Shown piece after piece: positions 21,013 to 30,024 of a DNA stretch of 64,000 nucleotides. Under the pieces are notes generated by a model, which searched no databases, was not told the DNA's origin, and saw nothing but the letters and a program-made list of their open reading frames with translations. The translations under genes were made by a program, and so were the position numbers. The DNA comes from Salinispira sp. (GTDB lineage Bacteria > Spirochaetota > Spirochaetia > DSM-27196 > Salinispiraceae), in assembly GCA_965226555.1 (NCBI GenBank), contig CBDDDG010000012.1, positions 126,388 through 190,387 of the forward strand, in the 5' to 3' direction. The first letter of the stretch is position 1. Each line of letters begins with the position of its first letter.

Positions 21013-21960
21013 TCAAATATAAAATTCGGCTGCCTGAAATTTTTTCTGTGTAATTGTGTGCGCCGGATCCTTGTTATAAATTCGGCTTTCGGCCGGAATA
21101 GAATGGGTGAGCCATACGTTACCGCCAATTACTGAATTTCTGCCGATGACAGTTTCTCCCCCGAGAATGGTTGCGCCGGAGTACATTGTTACATTATCTT
21201 CAATGGTGGGGTGGCGCTTCTGCGCGGCTGCAGGGGGGGCTAGTTTTTTGACTGAGAGGGCTCCGAGGGTCACTCCCTGATATATTTTAACATTGTTGCC
21301 AATTACCGTTGTTTCCCCAACTACCACACCGGTACCATGGTCAATGAACAGCGATGAGCCGATTTTTGCCCCGGGATGAATGTCGATACCTGTTTTGCCA
21401 TGAATTATCTCACTCATTATACGGGGAATAAGGGGGATATCGTGAACCCACATTTGATGCGCTATGCGGTACACAATGATGGCCTCAATTCCGGGATAGG
21501 CGAGAATAATTTCTTCATGGGAACGGCTGGCAGGGTCACCCTGAAATGCAGCTTCAACATCTTGATTAATTAATATCCGAATATCCGGCAGTTTTGAGAG
21601 GATATTCAGGGTGAGTTTTTCAGCCCTCGTTTTACATTCGTGAAGTTCCCGATTATTGTTGCTGCATGCGCATTGGCTGTTTCCGGAAATTCTCCGTTCA
21701 AAGCAGATGCTTTTTGTTATTTCTTTCGAGAGGGTTTTAAGCGTCCGGTTAAGCCGCTCTCCGACAATGAACGAAAGATTCACCGAGTCCAGCGGCTCCT
21801 CCGACTTAAAGCCCGGAAAAATAAGCCCCTCAAGATCAGAAATGATGTTCTCTATACTCAGCCGGCTTGGGAGATTGCTCCCCTGAATATGATTCACCCC
21901 CCCAATTTCCCGGTAGTTGGCAAGAAGCTGTTCCATAAGATGTGAAAGATTATCCATCAT
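21013..21960 (-). CDS. cysE: Serine O-acetyltransferase (CysE/EpsC type)
   Basis: GDPA, YPG, TGIDIHPGA, FIDHGTGVVVGET, YQGVTLG, KRHPT. Confidence 0.9.
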   Translation of the reverse strand: MMDNLSHLMEQLLANYREIGGVNHIQGSNLPSRLSIENIISDLEGLIFPGFKSEEPLDSVNLSFIVGERLNRTLKTLSKEITKSICFERRISGNSQCACSNNNRELHECKTRAEKLTLNILSKLPDIRILINQDVEAAFQGDPASRSHEEIILAYPGIEAIIVYRIAHQMWVHDIPLIPRIMSEIIHGKTGIDIHPGAKIGSSLFIDHGTGVVVGETTVIGNNVKIYQGVTLGALSVKKLAPPAAAQKRHPTIEDNVTMYSGATILGGETVIGRNSVIGGNVWLTHSIPAESRIYNKDPAHTITQKKFQAAEFYI

Positions 21961-22202
21961 AATTCATACAATGCTAAAAACTCTTCTCTGTCAACAGATG
22001 ACCAGAACTCCGTGCGGGAGCGTCTGGTTCACCGTGCTGGCGAGCGTCGTAACAAAAACGCTTCCTGTTAAGCGAACATGGAAAATAACAGGGCGGTGAA
22101 TATGAAAGGGAATGAAATGGCAGATTTGCACGGATAATATCAACATCTTGATCAATGCAAAAGTTTCTGATAGGATAAACGATGAGAAAAAGGAAATGAA
22201 AT

Positions 22203-23270
22203 ATGAAACGTATTATATCAAGGTTTTGTAAAATGCAAAACTTTCTATGTCTATTGTGTACTGCATTCTTGCTTGTATCCTGTAATGAATCTGCACAATC
22301 GGATTCAGAGGTGTTTGATTTGGAAAATTATGGTGACGGGCTTTATGCCCAGATAGATACAGAGAAGGGATCAATTCTCCTCCAGCTTGAGTTTGAGAAA
22401 GCGCCCCTTACTGTTATCAATTTTGTTGGACTTGCGGAGGGAACTATTACGCATTCCCGAACAGAAAATGAACCCTTTTACAATGGGCTCACATTTCACC
22501 GCGTTATCGATAATTTTATGATCCAGGGCGGTGATCCCGAGGGGCAGGGAACAGGGGGGCCAGGTTATCGTTTTCCCGATGAATTTGACCTCAGCCTCGT
22601 ACATGACAGCCCGGGTATTCTGTCTATGGCAAATTCGGGGGCGGATACAAACGGCAGCCAGTTTTTCATTACCCATGTAGCGACTCCCTGGCTCGATTAC
22701 AAACACACGGTTTTTGGACGTGTTGTTGAGGGTATGGATGTTGTAAACAATATTGAAACGGACAACAGTATTGAAGCTGTGAGCATTTTTCGCCGCGGCA
22801 AAGCCGCTGAAAATTTCGCAAGCGACCAGAAAGCCTTCGATGCGGCACTGGCACATATACCTGCTCATCAGGCAAATTTTCTTCAGTCGAAAAATTCTGC
22901 CGATACCGAACTCGCCGCTTCAGTACTGCCCGATGCCGAGCAAACTGAGAGCGGTATTTTATATAAAATTGTACAGGAAGGAAGCGGCCGTACTCCGAAG
23001 GCCGGCGACATTGTGAGCATACACTATACCGGAGCCCTTCTTGACGGCCAGGCATTTGATAGTTCTGAAAACCGAGGACCGCTTGAAGTTCCTATTGGGG
23101 TTGGGGGTCTTATTCCCGGCTGGGATGAAATTGTTCTTCTCATGAAGGAAGGTGAAAAACGAAGTGTTGTTATTCCTCCAGAGCTTGCCTACGGCGCAGT
23201 AGGGGCGGGTGGTGTTATTCCTCCCAATGCTTGGCTGTACTTCGATATTGAACTGCTTGAAGTAAAGTAA
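22203..23270 (+). CDS. Cyclophilin-FKBP fusion peptidyl-prolyl isomerase lipoprotein
   Basis: FHRVI..FMIQGGDP, LSMANSG..TNGSQFFIT, plus FKBP HYTG...FDSS...IPGWDE; lipobox LLVSC. Confidence 0.93.
   Translation: MKRIISRFCKMQNFLCLLCTAFLLVSCNESAQSDSEVFDLENYGDGLYAQIDTEKGSILLQLEFEKAPLTVINFVGLAEGTITHSRTENEPFYNGLTFHRVIDNFMIQGGDPEGQGTGGPGYRFPDEFDLSLVHDSPGILSMANSGADTNGSQFFITHVATPWLDYKHTVFGRVVEGMDVVNNIETDNSIEAVSIFRRGKAAENFASDQKAFDAALAHIPAHQANFLQSKNSADTELAASVLPDAEQTESGILYKIVQEGSGRTPKAGDIVSIHYTGALLDGQAFDSSENRGPLEVPIGVGGLIPGWDEIVLLMKEGEKRSVVIPPELAYGAVGAGGVIPPNAWLYFDIELLEVK
22219..22245. repeat. 27-bp palindromic module A inside the PPIase signal peptide
   Basis: CAAGGTTTTGTAAAATGCAAAACTTTC flanked by TAT on both sides. 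Confidence 0.75.
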
Positions 23271-23273
23271 TTC

Positions 23274-23774
23274 TCAGCATTCGACATTGATCATTCGTGC
23301 GGGTACTGATCGGGTGTACACTGATTTGCGGCTTCGGTAATGCCTGAAGTTGTCAACCTGCTGTTTGAGCTCATCCATGTGCCTGATAAGAAGTTCACGG
23401 TTATGGGCATTGTGGATAAGTGCCTGCTCTCTGAGCTGATGAAGACTGTCATGAAGATGTTTTATGTCTTCTTTTTGATCTGGGTAGATTTTGCGGTACA
23501 TGGCATCAATCGGGGTAATTATTTTTTGGATTTCCTGAATATCCCTGATTATCTGATGCTCCATATGCATGTGATTTTCCAGAGCTTCAGTGTTCGCATT
23601 GATAATGGCATATTCCTGTTTTTCAAGAATGTCAAGATAATGATGAAATTTTTCACGTTGGGCTTCAAGCATCTGCCGCAGGCGGTTAAGAAGCTTTATC
23701 CGCTGCTCAATACTTTCGGAATCTTTACCATCACCAACCTGAAATTTTTGCGTTCGCGGAAGATTATCTTGCAA
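23274..23774 (-). CDS. flgN: Flagellar export chaperone FlgN-like protein
   Basis: Helical protein overlapping the fliS end; QR.KF..YL.ILEKQ and N.EL pattern. Confidence 0.6.
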   Translation of the reverse strand: MQDNLPRTQKFQVGDGKDSESIEQRIKLLNRLRQMLEAQREKFHHYLDILEKQEYAIINANTEALENHMHMEHQIIRDIQEIQKIITPIDAMYRKIYPDQKEDIKHLHDSLHQLREQALIHNAHNRELLIRHMDELKQQVDNFRHYRSRKSVYTRSVPARMINVEC

Positions 23775-24186
23775 TGTTTACTCCATGCACATTATCACTA
23801 TTATCAATGGCAGTACTTCGGGAAATTTCATTCCATGCGGTACGAATTTCAGACATCATATCCCGAACCGTGATGAGCGGTGTCGATTTTTTTTTGAGGT
23901 TTCCCTCCATGAGCTGATCATTAAACCATTGATACACAGAAAACATCTGCGCCGCGAACTGTCCCCCCCTCTCCATATCAAGAGAAACCATAAGCTCTGT
24001 AATAATATCCCGGGCTTTAAGAATTGCAGTGTTTACCTTATCGAGTTCACGGGTATTTTCCCGGAGTAATTCAACAGCTATATCAATTTGTTTAAGTGCT
24101 TCATCGTAAAGCATAACAATTATCTGACCCTGTCCGGCTGTTTTAACCCGTGTTTGTTTATAGGCATTTGCCTGATAATGCGGCAT
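23764..24186 (-). CDS. fliS: Flagellar chaperone FliS
   Basis: AYKQT.V.TA...I.MLYD.A, KA.DII.EL..SLD.E.GG, AW.E. Confidence 0.92.
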   Translation of the reverse strand: MPHYQANAYKQTRVKTAGQGQIIVMLYDEALKQIDIAVELLRENTRELDKVNTAILKARDIITELMVSLDMERGGQFAAQMFSVYQWFNDQLMEGNLKKKSTPLITVRDMMSEIRTAWNEISRSTAIDNSDNVHGVNIAR

Positions 24187-24239
24187 ATGTATTCCTCCTC
24201 ATCCTTTTATCGGTTTCACTTATCAATTTCGGTTTCGCC

Positions 24240-26741
24240 TTATTCGGCATGATCAATGAGTGTTGAAACGGGAACGATACTGTACCCCTGCTCAAGCAGT
24301 CCGTTAATAAGAATATCAAGATGCTGAAACAGATAATCCTTTCGTCCGCCATCAATGCGATCATCATCTACTGTCCCGATAGTCATGGATATAACTGAGC
24401 CCGGTTTTTTGCTGTCAATAATCCGCTCAATAAGCTGAGCAGGAGGAAAATACAGTCGCGACCGTCCATTTTCATCATAGGTCGGCACCCAGTCAAGACT
24501 ATCAACATCTCTGCTTACGTAAGTATAATTCTGACTTTCACTCGCAGCAAGTACTTCTGGATCAATATAATAATATGGCGCATGCCAGAGAAGGCTCATA
24601 TCCCTTCCCGTAATTTTGAAATACTCATCTTCATTTTCTACAAGCCCCTGACGGATAAAATTGCTGTCTATCTGAAAGCGCGAATCGGACATATCGAAAT
24701 AGATATTAAACAAGGAACCTACCTCATGCCTGCTGTGAGCAATTTCCCGAACTGCCTCAGGATAATGACGAATAAAATCTCCAGTAATGAAGAATGTCGC
24801 TGTTATATTGTAATCATCAAGAACACGGAAAATATCGTTCAGACCAACTACTGAATTGATAGCATTAAATACAAAGGTAACTTCCCGCCGCCGAATACGA
24901 GACCCATGAAAAAAGGGATTCAGACTGAGGGCTGCATCCTCCTCGGGGAATGGTTCGTACGATTTTACCGGCTGACTGAATAGGCTTCTCGTTCTCGGAA
25001 AGTTATCATCGCTGCTAATACTTCTGACCATAATGATATTTGTATATGTTCCGGTCGCAAGGTTCTGAAGATATGTCCGATAGTGCGCATTCGTCTGTAT
25101 TGCAAATTTACTGTTGAATTTTTCCCGCACAAACCAGCGGCCGCTTGGCAGATCGGCAGACCGAACGACATTACGTGTTTGTACAAGAATTTCATTGTTC
25201 GATGAACTGAATCCGAGGGAATCGGCGCGCGAAAAGGAAATGAACTTGCGGAGATTTGTACGGAGATCCAATAGTTCAATTTTATCGGCGCCGGCAAGCA
25301 ATACTTTATTATTATTGATATAGGTAAAATGGAGAAGGTATTTATGATTAATGCGCTGTTTGGGGAACCATTCCCGATAATCGTAAATGACGGCATAGTC
25401 ATCGCTTAACAATACCATTGTATCATCGGTAGAGCCGAAAAAAATGTCTTTCGGTTCGGGGCTTTCCAATTTTTCAAAATTATACGCATCTGTTAAAAGT
25501 TCTAGGCGGTACAGTTCGGCGTTGCGGCTTTCTTCATATATGCCTTCAACCATAATGGTGAGGATGCCGTCCGAAGACCACAATACCTTTTTTACCGTTA
25601 CATCAAGCGGCAGATGAAGATTGGGAATACCAGTGGTAAGTGAATTACCGACATACTTGTTTGTCTGCAGGGGAAGAACATACAATGTTTGCCCCCTCTT
25701 GTTTACCAGAATATGCGAACTATCCGGAGATACCCAGAAACTATCAAAATTCGACTCAAAGGAAAAAGGAATTCTCCCGACGACCTGACCGATGCGGAGA
25801 AATTCCCGGTAGAAAGAACGTGTGAAGAATTCCACGGAAAGTATCTGATAAAAGATGGTTCCGCTCAGATAGTAGAGTTCATTCTTCTGACCCCACTGAA
25901 CATTGGACATTGCCCCTCTGCCAAGCTTCCTGAGTTCCTCACTAAACAAGCGGTCATTTTCAAACTGATTAATACTGAAATAATACAGATCATCACCCTT
26001 ATGATAAATGACAAAATCCGATTCCGGGCTCCATTTTACCGGCAGATCATCTAGCTGTAATTCCACATCCGAACTGATAATTGTTCGGGAATTATCGAAA
26101 AAGCTTGTGAGAACCAAATTTCCGAATGCCGCAGTTTCGTCCTCAAAATGAATCATGTAACGGCCATCGGGGCTTATACTCACCGAACCGATCTTACCTG
26201 TCAGGATGTCGGCTCCCGCTTCAAAACTGGGAAACAAATCTAGGGGGCGAATATCCTCCAGATCGGAGTTGGATCGGAACAGACCAAAGCGGTTTTGAAT
26301 CTGAATCTGATCAAGATCGGGGAGATAATCTATCCGCTCAGGAAAAAAGGTCAGCTGTCTGATGACAGCGTTTTCTCCGGCAGCGCCCGGCTCGGCAACA
26401 AACGCGGTTTTATATTTCTGATATTCCGGCGGCTCCACCTCCGCCATAAATAAAATCCGATCCTCAGAATCAATAGTAATATCAGAAAATATCACTTCGG
26501 CGTGTATGGCATTGTTCACAAACAATAGAAAAACAGAAAATACTATCAGAAACTTTTGCATTGGAAAATTGTGCTTGCACAATTTCCAGTAGCAAAAGTT
26601 TCTGATGGCTGGTCGGAGGCTGCGCCTCCTGCTCGCCCATGCGTCCGTCAGGAATGCTTTCTTTGTGCTTAGCATTCTCCTATGTTTATAGAAAGTTTTG
26701 CATTTTGCAAAACTTTGTATCAAAAATAATTGTGTCTTCAA
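24240..26741 (-). CDS. Large secreted protein with C-terminal polysaccharide-deacetylase-like domain; signal peptide holds a 174-bp in-frame repeat insertion
   Basis: ATFFITGDF, HEVG, HAPY, SLDW and GY.IVPVS.L NodB-like motifs; TTG start with GAAGGA upstream. Confidence 0.75.
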   Translation of the reverse strand: MKTQLFLIQSFAKCKTFYKHRRMLSTKKAFLTDAWASRRRSLRPAIRNFCYWKLCKHNFPMQKFLIVFSVFLLFVNNAIHAEVIFSDITIDSEDRILFMAEVEPPEYQKYKTAFVAEPGAAGENAVIRQLTFFPERIDYLPDLDQIQIQNRFGLFRSNSDLEDIRPLDLFPSFEAGADILTGKIGSVSISPDGRYMIHFEDETAAFGNLVLTSFFDNSRTIISSDVELQLDDLPVKWSPESDFVIYHKGDDLYYFSINQFENDRLFSEELRKLGRGAMSNVQWGQKNELYYLSGTIFYQILSVEFFTRSFYREFLRIGQVVGRIPFSFESNFDSFWVSPDSSHILVNKRGQTLYVLPLQTNKYVGNSLTTGIPNLHLPLDVTVKKVLWSSDGILTIMVEGIYEESRNAELYRLELLTDAYNFEKLESPEPKDIFFGSTDDTMVLLSDDYAVIYDYREWFPKQRINHKYLLHFTYINNNKVLLAGADKIELLDLRTNLRKFISFSRADSLGFSSSNNEILVQTRNVVRSADLPSGRWFVREKFNSKFAIQTNAHYRTYLQNLATGTYTNIIMVRSISSDDNFPRTRSLFSQPVKSYEPFPEEDAALSLNPFFHGSRIRRREVTFVFNAINSVVGLNDIFRVLDDYNITATFFITGDFIRHYPEAVREIAHSRHEVGSLFNIYFDMSDSRFQIDSNFIRQGLVENEDEYFKITGRDMSLLWHAPYYYIDPEVLAASESQNYTYVSRDVDSLDWVPTYDENGRSRLYFPPAQLIERIIDSKKPGSVISMTIGTVDDDRIDGGRKDYLFQHLDILINGLLEQGYSIVPVSTLIDHAE
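26549..26717. repeat. Composite palindromic repeat (modules B+E+D+A) with TATCA direct repeat
   Basis: TATCA at 26544-26548 and 26718-26722; the modules recur at 34435-34619, 47712-47809 and 50920-51011. Confidence 0.9.
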
Positions 26742-26932
26742 AACTGCTCAATCCTTCGAGGAACAACGATAATTCCGCCATTCTTCACGTGATATTTGCA
26801 CATGCAAAAGTTTCTGTATAGATTGTCGGTATATTATGACTGTAGATTTACATCGGGTGGGCACATTTATAGAAAATAATTCTTTTCCAGCGTAGAAAAA
26901 AATTCTATTTTCTGCAATACTATATCAGAATT

Positions 26933-28267
26933 ATGAATGATCGTATTTTAGAAATTCGCAACCTAGCTGCCAATTTTGCTCAGGAAACAATAGATACCAG
27001 ACGTCATTTACACATGAACCCTGAGCTGTCTTTCAATGAAGTTGAGAGTTCAAAGTACATTGTTTCAAAACTCAGAGAGCTTGACATCCCCGTCAGAAAT
27101 GCCGACGTCGGTCATGGTGTGCTTGCGCAAATCCAGGGGACAAAGCACTCTGCCGGTGGCAGCGTTGGCATCGGCTCTACCGGTGGCAGCGTTGGCAGAG
27201 GCTCCTCCGGCAGCAGCGCAGATGAAAATACCAATAAAAATAACAGAATCGTTGCCCTCCGCGCCGACATAGATGCCCTGCCGATTCAGGAAGAAAACAA
27301 CATAGAATTTAAAAGCCGGAACCCGGGGGTCATGCACGCCTGCGGCCACGATGCGCATAGCGCCATTCTCCTATCGGCAGCAAAAATTCTCAAAGAATTA
27401 CACCGCCATTTCTCAGGAACTGTTCAACTCATTTTTCAGCCTGCCGAAGAACGCTGCCCGGGCGGCGCATTAGGCCTCATTGATCACGGCGCCTTAGACA
27501 ATGTTAATCTCATTCTTGGTGAACATATTAACCCAGCCCTTCCGGTTGGAACCGTAGGGTTTCGGAGCGGTGCCTCAAATGCAAGCGCCGATGAACTCAA
27601 TCTGTATGTCCGCGGCAGAGGCGGCCATGCTGCCATGCCCCATAAACTTATAGACCCGGTGCTCATAAGCAGCCACATCATTGTTGCGCTTCAGCAGATC
27701 GTAAGCCGACAGAGCAGAGCGGATGAACCTTGCGTGCTCAGCTTCGGCAAGATTGATGCCCCCGGCGCCATGAATGTTATCCCCGATACTGTGCGCATTG
27801 CGGGAACTTTCAGGGCCTTCAATGAAAATTGGAGAAATAGAGCGCTGGACAATATACAACATATGGCTGTTTCCATTGCTGAGGGCATGGGCGGCACCTG
27901 CGATGTTGAAATTACCAGAGGATATCCTGTACTCATTAATAATGATGCCCTTACTCTAAGAGCGCGAGGGGCTGCGGCGCGGTTTCTTGGAGAAAAGCAG
28001 GTTGTTGATCTTCCTCTCGCCATGTGGAGTGAAGATTTCGCCTACTATAACAAAATAGTTCCCGGCTGTTTTTATAATCTTGGTGTAGGTAATACGGAAA
28101 AGGGGTGGTCAAGCCCCCTGCATTCCCCAACCCTCATGATTGATGAGCGGGCGCTTGAGATCGGCAGCGGTCTTATGGCTTGGCTGGCCTTCTCAGAATT
28201 GACAGATGATGTGGATGATGCGGATGATGCGGCTGGCGCGGATGATGATTCAAAACGGGCAGGTTGA
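26933..28267 (+). CDS. M20D family amidohydrolase
   Basis: H.NPELSF.E, RADIDALP, MHACGHD.H, FQPAEE, GGHAA.PH, SEDF. Confidence 0.93.
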   Translation: MNDRILEIRNLAANFAQETIDTRRHLHMNPELSFNEVESSKYIVSKLRELDIPVRNADVGHGVLAQIQGTKHSAGGSVGIGSTGGSVGRGSSGSSADENTNKNNRIVALRADIDALPIQEENNIEFKSRNPGVMHACGHDAHSAILLSAAKILKELHRHFSGTVQLIFQPAEERCPGGALGLIDHGALDNVNLILGEHINPALPVGTVGFRSGASNASADELNLYVRGRGGHAAMPHKLIDPVLISSHIIVALQQIVSRQSRADEPCVLSFGKIDAPGAMNVIPDTVRIAGTFRAFNENWRNRALDNIQHMAVSIAEGMGGTCDVEITRGYPVLINNDALTLRARGAAARFLGEKQVVDLPLAMWSEDFAYYNKIVPGCFYNLGVGNTEKGWSSPLHSPTLMIDERALEIGSGLMAWLAFSELTDDVDDADDAAGADDDSKRAG

Positions 28268-30024
28268 TCATGTCCACTAAAGCGAATGCTCCTCTTATCA
28301 TTAACAATGATCAAAGTATTCTTCTTGATCTCCATGCTTCTCAGGTCGAGCAGGCCCGTAAGGCAATTGCCCCCTTCGCTGAACTGGAAAAATCGCCTAC
28401 GCACATACACACCTATCGGCTCAGTCGGCTTTCATTATGGAACGCTGCGGCAGCCGCCTATGATACCCGAAAAATTCTTTCCCGGCTCACCACATACAGC
28501 CGCTATCCACTCCCTCCGGATCTGGAGCATAAAATTGATGAAATTATGGGGCGCTACGGCATGCTCGTTCTGGTACGGTCCGATAATACCCCCTCAGCAC
28601 ATTCAAAAAAACTCCCCCTCATCCTCCGAGTACATGACGACTTCCTCTTTCAGACCCTGAAAAATAACAAAAACCTCAGCGCCTTCATTGTGCCGACATC
28701 CGCCGCCGCCAATCCGACATCCGCCGCCAATCCGACATCCGCCGCCGCCACGACATCCGCCGCCGCCACGACATCCGAAAGCACATCCTTCTTTGTTTCC
28801 CCAATGTATCGGGGAAAGATAAAGCAGAAACTCATGGAATTAGGATATCCGGTAAAGGATCTCATTCCACTTCGGGATGGCCCGCCCTGCGACATACACC
28901 TCAACCCGGGCGTCCAACAACGTGATTATCAGATACAGGCAGTCGATGCCTTTCTTGGCAACCTTGAAGAAGGAACCGGATACGGCACCATTGTTCTTCC
29001 CTGCGGAAGTGGAAAAACCGTTGTCGGCATTGAGGTAATGTGCAAACTCAAAACATCCACCCTCATCCTCTGCCCGAACATTTCAGCCCTTCATCAATGG
29101 AAACGGGAATTACTTGAAAAAACAACTCTGTCTGAAGAAGACATCGGTGAATACAGCGCGCGGAAAAAGGAAATTCGCCCCATAACCATCAGCACATATC
29201 AAATACTTATCTGGCGGCCGCATAAGCACGGAGATTTTCCTCATTTTGATCTCATTACTCATTACAGCTGGGGGCTGATAATCTACGATGAAGTTCATCT
29301 GCTTCCCGCTCCGATATTCAGCATTACCACCGAGGTTCAGGCTGTACGGCGGCTCGGATTAACCGCGACCCTCATACGTGAAGACGGCAGGGAACACGAA
29401 GTATTCTCGCTGGTTGGACCCAAGCGCTTTGATGTTCCATGGAAGGACCTTGAGGGCCGCGGCTGGATTTCCGAAGCAATTTGCAAGGAAATTCGTGTTG
29501 AATTACCCGCCGATCTTCAGGCCGACTACGCATTAGCTGAAAAACGGAAAAAATACCGTATTGCCAGTGAAAACCCCCGGAAACTTACTGTTCTCGATTA
29601 TCTTGTTCATCACCATTCACAGGATCAGATTCTTGTTATCGGACAATATCTTGATCAACTCCATACTGTTCAAAAACGACTGAAGGCTCCCATCATCACC
29701 GGAAAGACCCCAACGACAGTACGAAACGACCTGTATGAACAATTCAGAAACAATCACATCCGTATTCTCATTGCATCGAAAATTGCCAATTTTGCCATTG
29801 ATCTGCCGGATGCCTCAGTTGCCATTCAAATTTCGGGCACCTTTGGTTCCCGTCAGGAAGAAGCCCAACGCCTCGGAAGAATTTTACGCCCAAAAAAGCA
29901 TTCCGCCTATTTTTATACTCTTATTTCACGCTATACTACAGAAGAAGAGTTTGGCATTAATCGTCAGAAATTCCTTGCTGAGCAGGGATATTCCTATTTT
30001 CTGGAATTGTGGGAAAATGAATAA
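28264..30024 (+). CDS. XPB/Rad25-like DNA helicase
   Basis: FAELEKSP..HTY, LPCGSGKT, DEVH, GLTATL.REDG, GSRQEEAQRLGRILRPK. Confidence 0.92.
   Translation: MIMSTKANAPLIINNDQSILLDLHASQVEQARKAIAPFAELEKSPTHIHTYRLSRLSLWNAAAAAYDTRKILSRLTTYSRYPLPPDLEHKIDEIMGRYGMLVLVRSDNTPSAHSKKLPLILRVHDDFLFQTLKNNKNLSAFIVPTSAAANPTSAANPTSAAATTSAAATTSESTSFFVSPMYRGKIKQKLMELGYPVKDLIPLRDGPPCDIHLNPGVQQRDYQIQAVDAFLGNLEEGTGYGTIVLPCGSGKTVVGIEVMCKLKTSTLILCPNISALHQWKRELLEKTTLSEEDIGEYSARKKEIRPITISTYQILIWRPHKHGDFPHFDLITHYSWGLIIYDEVHLLPAPIFSITTEVQAVRRLGLTATLIREDGREHEVFSLVGPKRFDVPWKDLEGRGWISEAICKEIRVELPADLQADYALAEKRKKYRIASENPRKLTVLDYLVHHHSQDQILVIGQYLDQLHTVQKRLKAPIITGKTPTTVRNDLYEQFRNNHIRILIASKIANFAIDLPDASVAIQISGTFGSRQEEAQRLGRILRPKKHSAYFYTLISRYTTEEEFGINRQKFLAEQGYSYFLELWENE

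Noticed and set aside
29735..30016. N-terminal extension of the 767-aa ORF
   Set aside because: Overlaps the XPB C-terminus in another frame; ATG 30017 is the more plausible start.
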